Below, piece after piece: positions 60,293 through 64,000 of a DNA stretch of 64,000 nt. The first letter of the stretch is position 1; the number at the start of each line of letters is the position of its first letter. The notes below the pieces were generated by a model. It saw only the letters and a list, made by a program, of their open reading frames with translations, ran no database searches and was not told the DNA's origin. This DNA comes from Candidatus Babeliales bacterium (GTDB lineage Bacteria > Babelota > Babeliae > Babelales > JANWKD01), in the NCBI GenBank assembly GCA_963762115.1, contig CAVXJH010000006.1, positions 256,001 through 320,000 on the forward strand, given 5' to 3'. A program made the position numbers and the translations under genes.

Positions 60293-62071
60293 ATGAAGCG
60301 GTATGGTACATTAGTTTTTATGGTAATCGCGATTTTTATTACCCAAAGATTTAATGCAGGTGCATTAGGTTTTGAAGGTGTTGAGACATCAACCACGGGA
60401 ACCACGAGCGTGGCAAAACCTTCTGTTGGCGGATGGTTTATGAATCGTCTAAAAGCATATGTCAAAGAAACTGAATTAAAAATCAATGAAACATTGCTTG
60501 ATAATAAAGAAAAAGCTTTTACGGTGCGCAAAGAATTAGATTATTTATATGATCAGTTAGGCGATCCGGCAAAGCGCGCTGAAAATGTCAGAGTTTTAAG
60601 CAGTAGTTTTGTGGATATAAAACAACAATTAGAAAAAGATCTTTTAGCCTTACAGCTTGATAATCAAAAATTGCAACTTTTACAAGAAGAGATGAATGCG
60701 GCAACAACTGAATTGAGAAAATCTCAGGTGCAGCAACAGGTTGAATTATTAAAAAATCAGATCCTGACAATAACTATACCAACCTTAGCAACGAAATTTA
60801 GTGATTATTATGTTGATCTTGATGATAGTGTTAGAAAAAATCCTGTAATTCAACAATTTTCCAAATCAATCATTGATACGATAAATGACATTGGTGTTCA
60901 GTTGCAGGGTAAATATTGGCAGCCCTATGCATTACTTAATGATCAAGAAGTTGCCCGTGCGCAACAAATTGCTTTATTAGATCGCTTATTTAATAAAAAT
61001 TTTGATGCATTCTTAAAGGCATTAAAAGATTTTTCTGGTGATGATCTTAGCGAAGGGCTTATTACCAAGAATTTTATACAAGCTTTGAAAAGTTCAAGTC
61101 ATAAAACTATTGAAAATAATCTGATGCTGTTAAAAAAAGTAAACCTATCTGAATTGTCACATGACGCCTTACTCAACGTGCTTACTTTGCAAGCAATTGC
61201 TTATACTCTTCTTGCGCAAGGATTTAACACAGTTCTTTATGATCCACAAAATATTAAAAAAACGTTACAAAACCTTTCGGAATATGGGCAAGGGGATGCA
61301 TTGCGTGATTTTAAGATTATTCTGAGAAAAACAATAAAAAATGCCGTAATTAATGCAGATACTTTGGAAGGAATTTTACAGCAAGATCTCAAAGAATGGG
61401 TAGAAAAAGCACGATCTGATTCAAAAAAAATGATTATATCGCCCTATTTAGACATGCTTAATGCAAATGAAGGTGCTAATACTAATGAACAAAAATTGCT
61501 TCAATTGGTGCGAGAATTTGATACTGAGCAGAATGAACTAGTGCGTTCAATAGATAACAGAGATAGATTTAAAAAATCCCAAGAAAAGTTGGATGAACTT
61601 GCCAGAAGATTTATTGAAGAAATTAATGCGTCAGATCCTTCTCAGTTAGCATTGATTTTGATGAGTAAAATGCAGCATGCTTATAATCAGCTTATTACGA
61701 CTATTTCCCGACGTGGCAAAGAAACAAAATATGGGGCAAAAATAACTCCTGAGCAAGGCAAAGAATTGGTGCAAGCATTATTGAATGCATTGCAACGATC
61801 AACGCAATTAGGGGTGCTGCGATCAATAATACGCGATTATTTAACCGTGGTTGTTGATGGGCAGGTGATAGTATTGCCTCAGATTAAAAAAGAATATGCC
61901 AATGGGTTAATTGAAAATGAAAAAGTGCCTTCTGATGCGGTGCAAGCAAAACGACTTGCGCTTATTCGTCGTAATAGTGTTCAACTTATGAAAAAAACGA
62001 AAAAAGCTTACGGCGTAGATGATCAATCGTATCCCTATTTTGTGTGGCTTATTAAAGGGTTGGAAAATTAA
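60293..62071 (+). CDS. exported coiled-coil protein
   Basis: Signal MKRYGTLVFMVIAIF; helical, L/Q/K-rich (track start 60242). Confidence 0.7.
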   Translation: MKRYGTLVFMVIAIFITQRFNAGALGFEGVETSTTGTTSVAKPSVGGWFMNRLKAYVKETELKINETLLDNKEKAFTVRKELDYLYDQLGDPAKRAENVRVLSSSFVDIKQQLEKDLLALQLDNQKLQLLQEEMNAATTELRKSQVQQQVELLKNQILTITIPTLATKFSDYYVDLDDSVRKNPVIQQFSKSIIDTINDIGVQLQGKYWQPYALLNDQEVARAQQIALLDRLFNKNFDAFLKALKDFSGDDLSEGLITKNFIQALKSSSHKTIENNLMLLKKVNLSELSHDALLNVLTLQAIAYTLLAQGFNTVLYDPQNIKKTLQNLSEYGQGDALRDFKIILRKTIKNAVINADTLEGILQQDLKEWVEKARSDSKKMIISPYLDMLNANEGANTNEQKLLQLVREFDTEQNELVRSIDNRDRFKKSQEKLDELARRFIEEINASDPSQLALILMSKMQHAYNQLITTISRRGKETKYGAKITPEQGKELVQALLNALQRSTQLGVLRSIIRDYLTVVVDGQVIVLPQIKKEYANGLIENEKVPSDAVQAKRLALIRRNSVQLMKKTKKAYGVDDQSYPYFVWLIKGLEN

Positions 62072-62092
62072 AAAATAGTAGGAGTTGTGGTA

Positions 62093-64000
62093 ATGAAACT
62101 TTTTAAAATGGTATTTGTGCTTTCTCTTTTTTGTTTTTCTTTGAATTCTTTATTTGGTATGCATGAACCAGTAAGAACAGAAGGTCCGACAGAAAGAGAA
62201 ATAGAAAAAGCAAAAATTGATTCTAAAGAAACTGAAATTAAAAATAAAAAAGCAGAAATTGAAGCATTAGAAGCAAAAAAAGAAAAAACAACTGAAGATA
62301 TTCAAAAAGAATATGAAAAAAATATTGAATTAAATCAACTTTTGCGTGAACAAATTAAGGCAGAGATAGATTTTGGCAACCAATTTATTGATGAAAAAAT
62401 TAATGCAGAAAAAAAACAAAAAGAACTGGAAGTAGAAAAAAATAATATTGTCGAAAAAATTAAAGCTTTGAATAGTGAGCTTGCAAAACAAGGAACGAGT
62501 ACTATTCCCGAACCAATTGTCCTTAATATTAGCGATAATCTTACATCTGCAATAGAAAATAGTAAAACAACATCTCCTCGCTGGAAAAAACAATTGGAAG
62601 CAGTATTTAATGAATTTAAGGCAAAGGTGAATGAGCTTCCTGTTATTGGTGATCCAAAAAAAGCATTAGCCGCTCGTGATAAATTGGCTACTATTTATAG
62701 TGAATTAGGTGATGTTGTTAATGAAGCTAAGAATTTAATTGAAGCTGGCAAGCTTGATCGTACTATTAACGAATTAGTAGGTTCGAAAGCTGAGTTAAGA
62801 AGGGCATTTAAAGCTTTTGATATTTATGCCGTTGTTTTGGAACGCATCAATGGAGAAATTATTGCAGCGGGTAATGATCCTGCAGCAAAGAAAATTGCTG
62901 TTGATAAAAAATTACGCGCACAACAACAAGCTTTACAAGAGATTGTTTTGAATAGTGCATTGAGATTTAATAGCACAGTTGAATTTTTGAGATATCCTGA
63001 TTTTGTTGATGCATTAAAAAGTGAAAATTTAAAAAAACAAATTGAAAAAATGGAAGGTGATATTGGAACGTTAATTTATAATGTAACTGAGCAACCAAAT
63101 CCTGAACGTTTTTTAAGAACTAAAGCAGAAAAAGACCTTATAGAACAACAACAAAAATTGAATGTTGATGCATTTTTTACTAATGAGGTAAGACCATTTG
63201 ATCAAATGGTTGAAAGCCTCAAAAATAAAATTATAAAACAAAATTTTCGTGGTATTCCTTTGGATAAAGAATATTCTGCGATAAAAAAATATCTTGATTC
63301 TTTTGAGGGTCTCGATATACAAATGCTTTCAAATAAAGAGTTATTAAATGTTTCTGATTTAATGATTAAAACGTATAGAAAATTAATTGATAGTATTGAT
63401 CAACGTGTTGCGCAAATTAATAAAAGTAAGAGTGATCCTTCTGAGCTTATTGTTATTGATGAACAGTTAAGAGTGTTAAGAGAGAATTTAGAAAGATGGG
63501 AAAATCGTGGTGCGCAAGCAAGAGGTGAACTATTTACACCAAAGCAACGCGATCTTATAAGAAACACTATTGAAAAAATTCAGGGAAATAATAGAGATGC
63601 AAAAACTAATGCACAAGATAAGAATGCTCTATTACCAAAACAGGTTGATAATGCTTATAGTTTAGTGAAAGAAGTTGTTGATAGGATCGATCAAGATGAA
63701 AAATTTGCACAATCAAGTGATAAACTTAATAAACAAACAAAAGAAATACTTGAAACTCTTGATACGTCTGACCCATCACAAGATGCTCTTTTGCTCATTG
63801 ATGGCCTTTTGGATTCGTATAATGAGCTTTTAAAAAATTTAAATGAACTAGCCAAAACTCAAGGACCAACCTTATCAGCAAAAAAAAGAGATTTTTTAGC
63901 GGATGCAATGATAAAAGCACAGAATAAACGTCAAGAGTTGACATGGTTTAAAAATACGTATCAAGATCTTTTGACGGTAATTATTAATGATACATTAGTT
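62093..64000 (+). CDS. large exported coiled-coil protein, partial (runs off the window)
   Basis: AGGAG RBS; MKLFKMVFVLSLFCFSLNSLFG-MHE; reading frame consistent at window end; SDPSQ..LTV segment shared with the upstream gene. Confidence 0.75.
   Translation, partial: MKLFKMVFVLSLFCFSLNSLFGMHEPVRTEGPTEREIEKAKIDSKETEIKNKKAEIEALEAKKEKTTEDIQKEYEKNIELNQLLREQIKAEIDFGNQFIDEKINAEKKQKELEVEKNNIVEKIKALNSELAKQGTSTIPEPIVLNISDNLTSAIENSKTTSPRWKKQLEAVFNEFKAKVNELPVIGDPKKALAARDKLATIYSELGDVVNEAKNLIEAGKLDRTINELVGSKAELRRAFKAFDIYAVVLERINGEIIAAGNDPAAKKIAVDKKLRAQQQALQEIVLNSALRFNSTVEFLRYPDFVDALKSENLKKQIEKMEGDIGTLIYNVTEQPNPERFLRTKAEKDLIEQQQKLNVDAFFTNEVRPFDQMVESLKNKIIKQNFRGIPLDKEYSAIKKYLDSFEGLDIQMLSNKELLNVSDLMIKTYRKLIDSIDQRVAQINKSKSDPSELIVIDEQLRVLRENLERWENRGAQARGELFTPKQRDLIRNTIEKIQGNNRDAKTNAQDKNALLPKQVDNAYSLVKEVVDRIDQDEKFAQSSDKLNKQTKEILETLDTSDPSQDALLLIDGLLDSYNELLKNLNELAKTQGPTLSAKKRDFLADAMIKAQNKRQELTWFKNTYQDLLTVIINDTLV

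Overview
An AT-rich bacterial chromosome segment. The mix of housekeeping genes (tsaB, glyA, tsaD, rho, secF, rpmA, thyX, polA, priA, ogt, four tRNAs) with many signal-peptide-bearing orphan, ankyrin, F-box-like and Skp1/BTB-like proteins suggests an intracellular parasite of protists, probably Dependentiae/Babelota (TM6). That assignment is inference only. Highlights: (1) an IS110 element whose bridge-RNA guides, CT core, donor, target and circle-junction promoter can all be read from the sequence, inserted in a nested genomic repeat; (2) a composite transposon made of two internally deleted IS1202-like elements with a ~20-bp target duplication, carrying an apparently exported, Asp-type (cytidylate-type) thymidylate-synthase homologue plus a Nudix hydrolase; (3) a four-gene beta-helix surface-protein cluster, including a 2005-aa fibre-like protein with 11/18-residue W/F repeats and a 24x7-bp in-frame microsatellite (phase-variation candidate); (4) two shared tags on unrelated exported proteins, a signal peptide followed by Met-[E/Q/N] and a 19-aa leucine motif; (5) a carotenoid-oxygenase homologue lacking all four Fe-binding His; (6) structured non-coding repeats, including 3' trailers that can pair with the CCA of every tRNA. 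All alignments and counts were done by eye.
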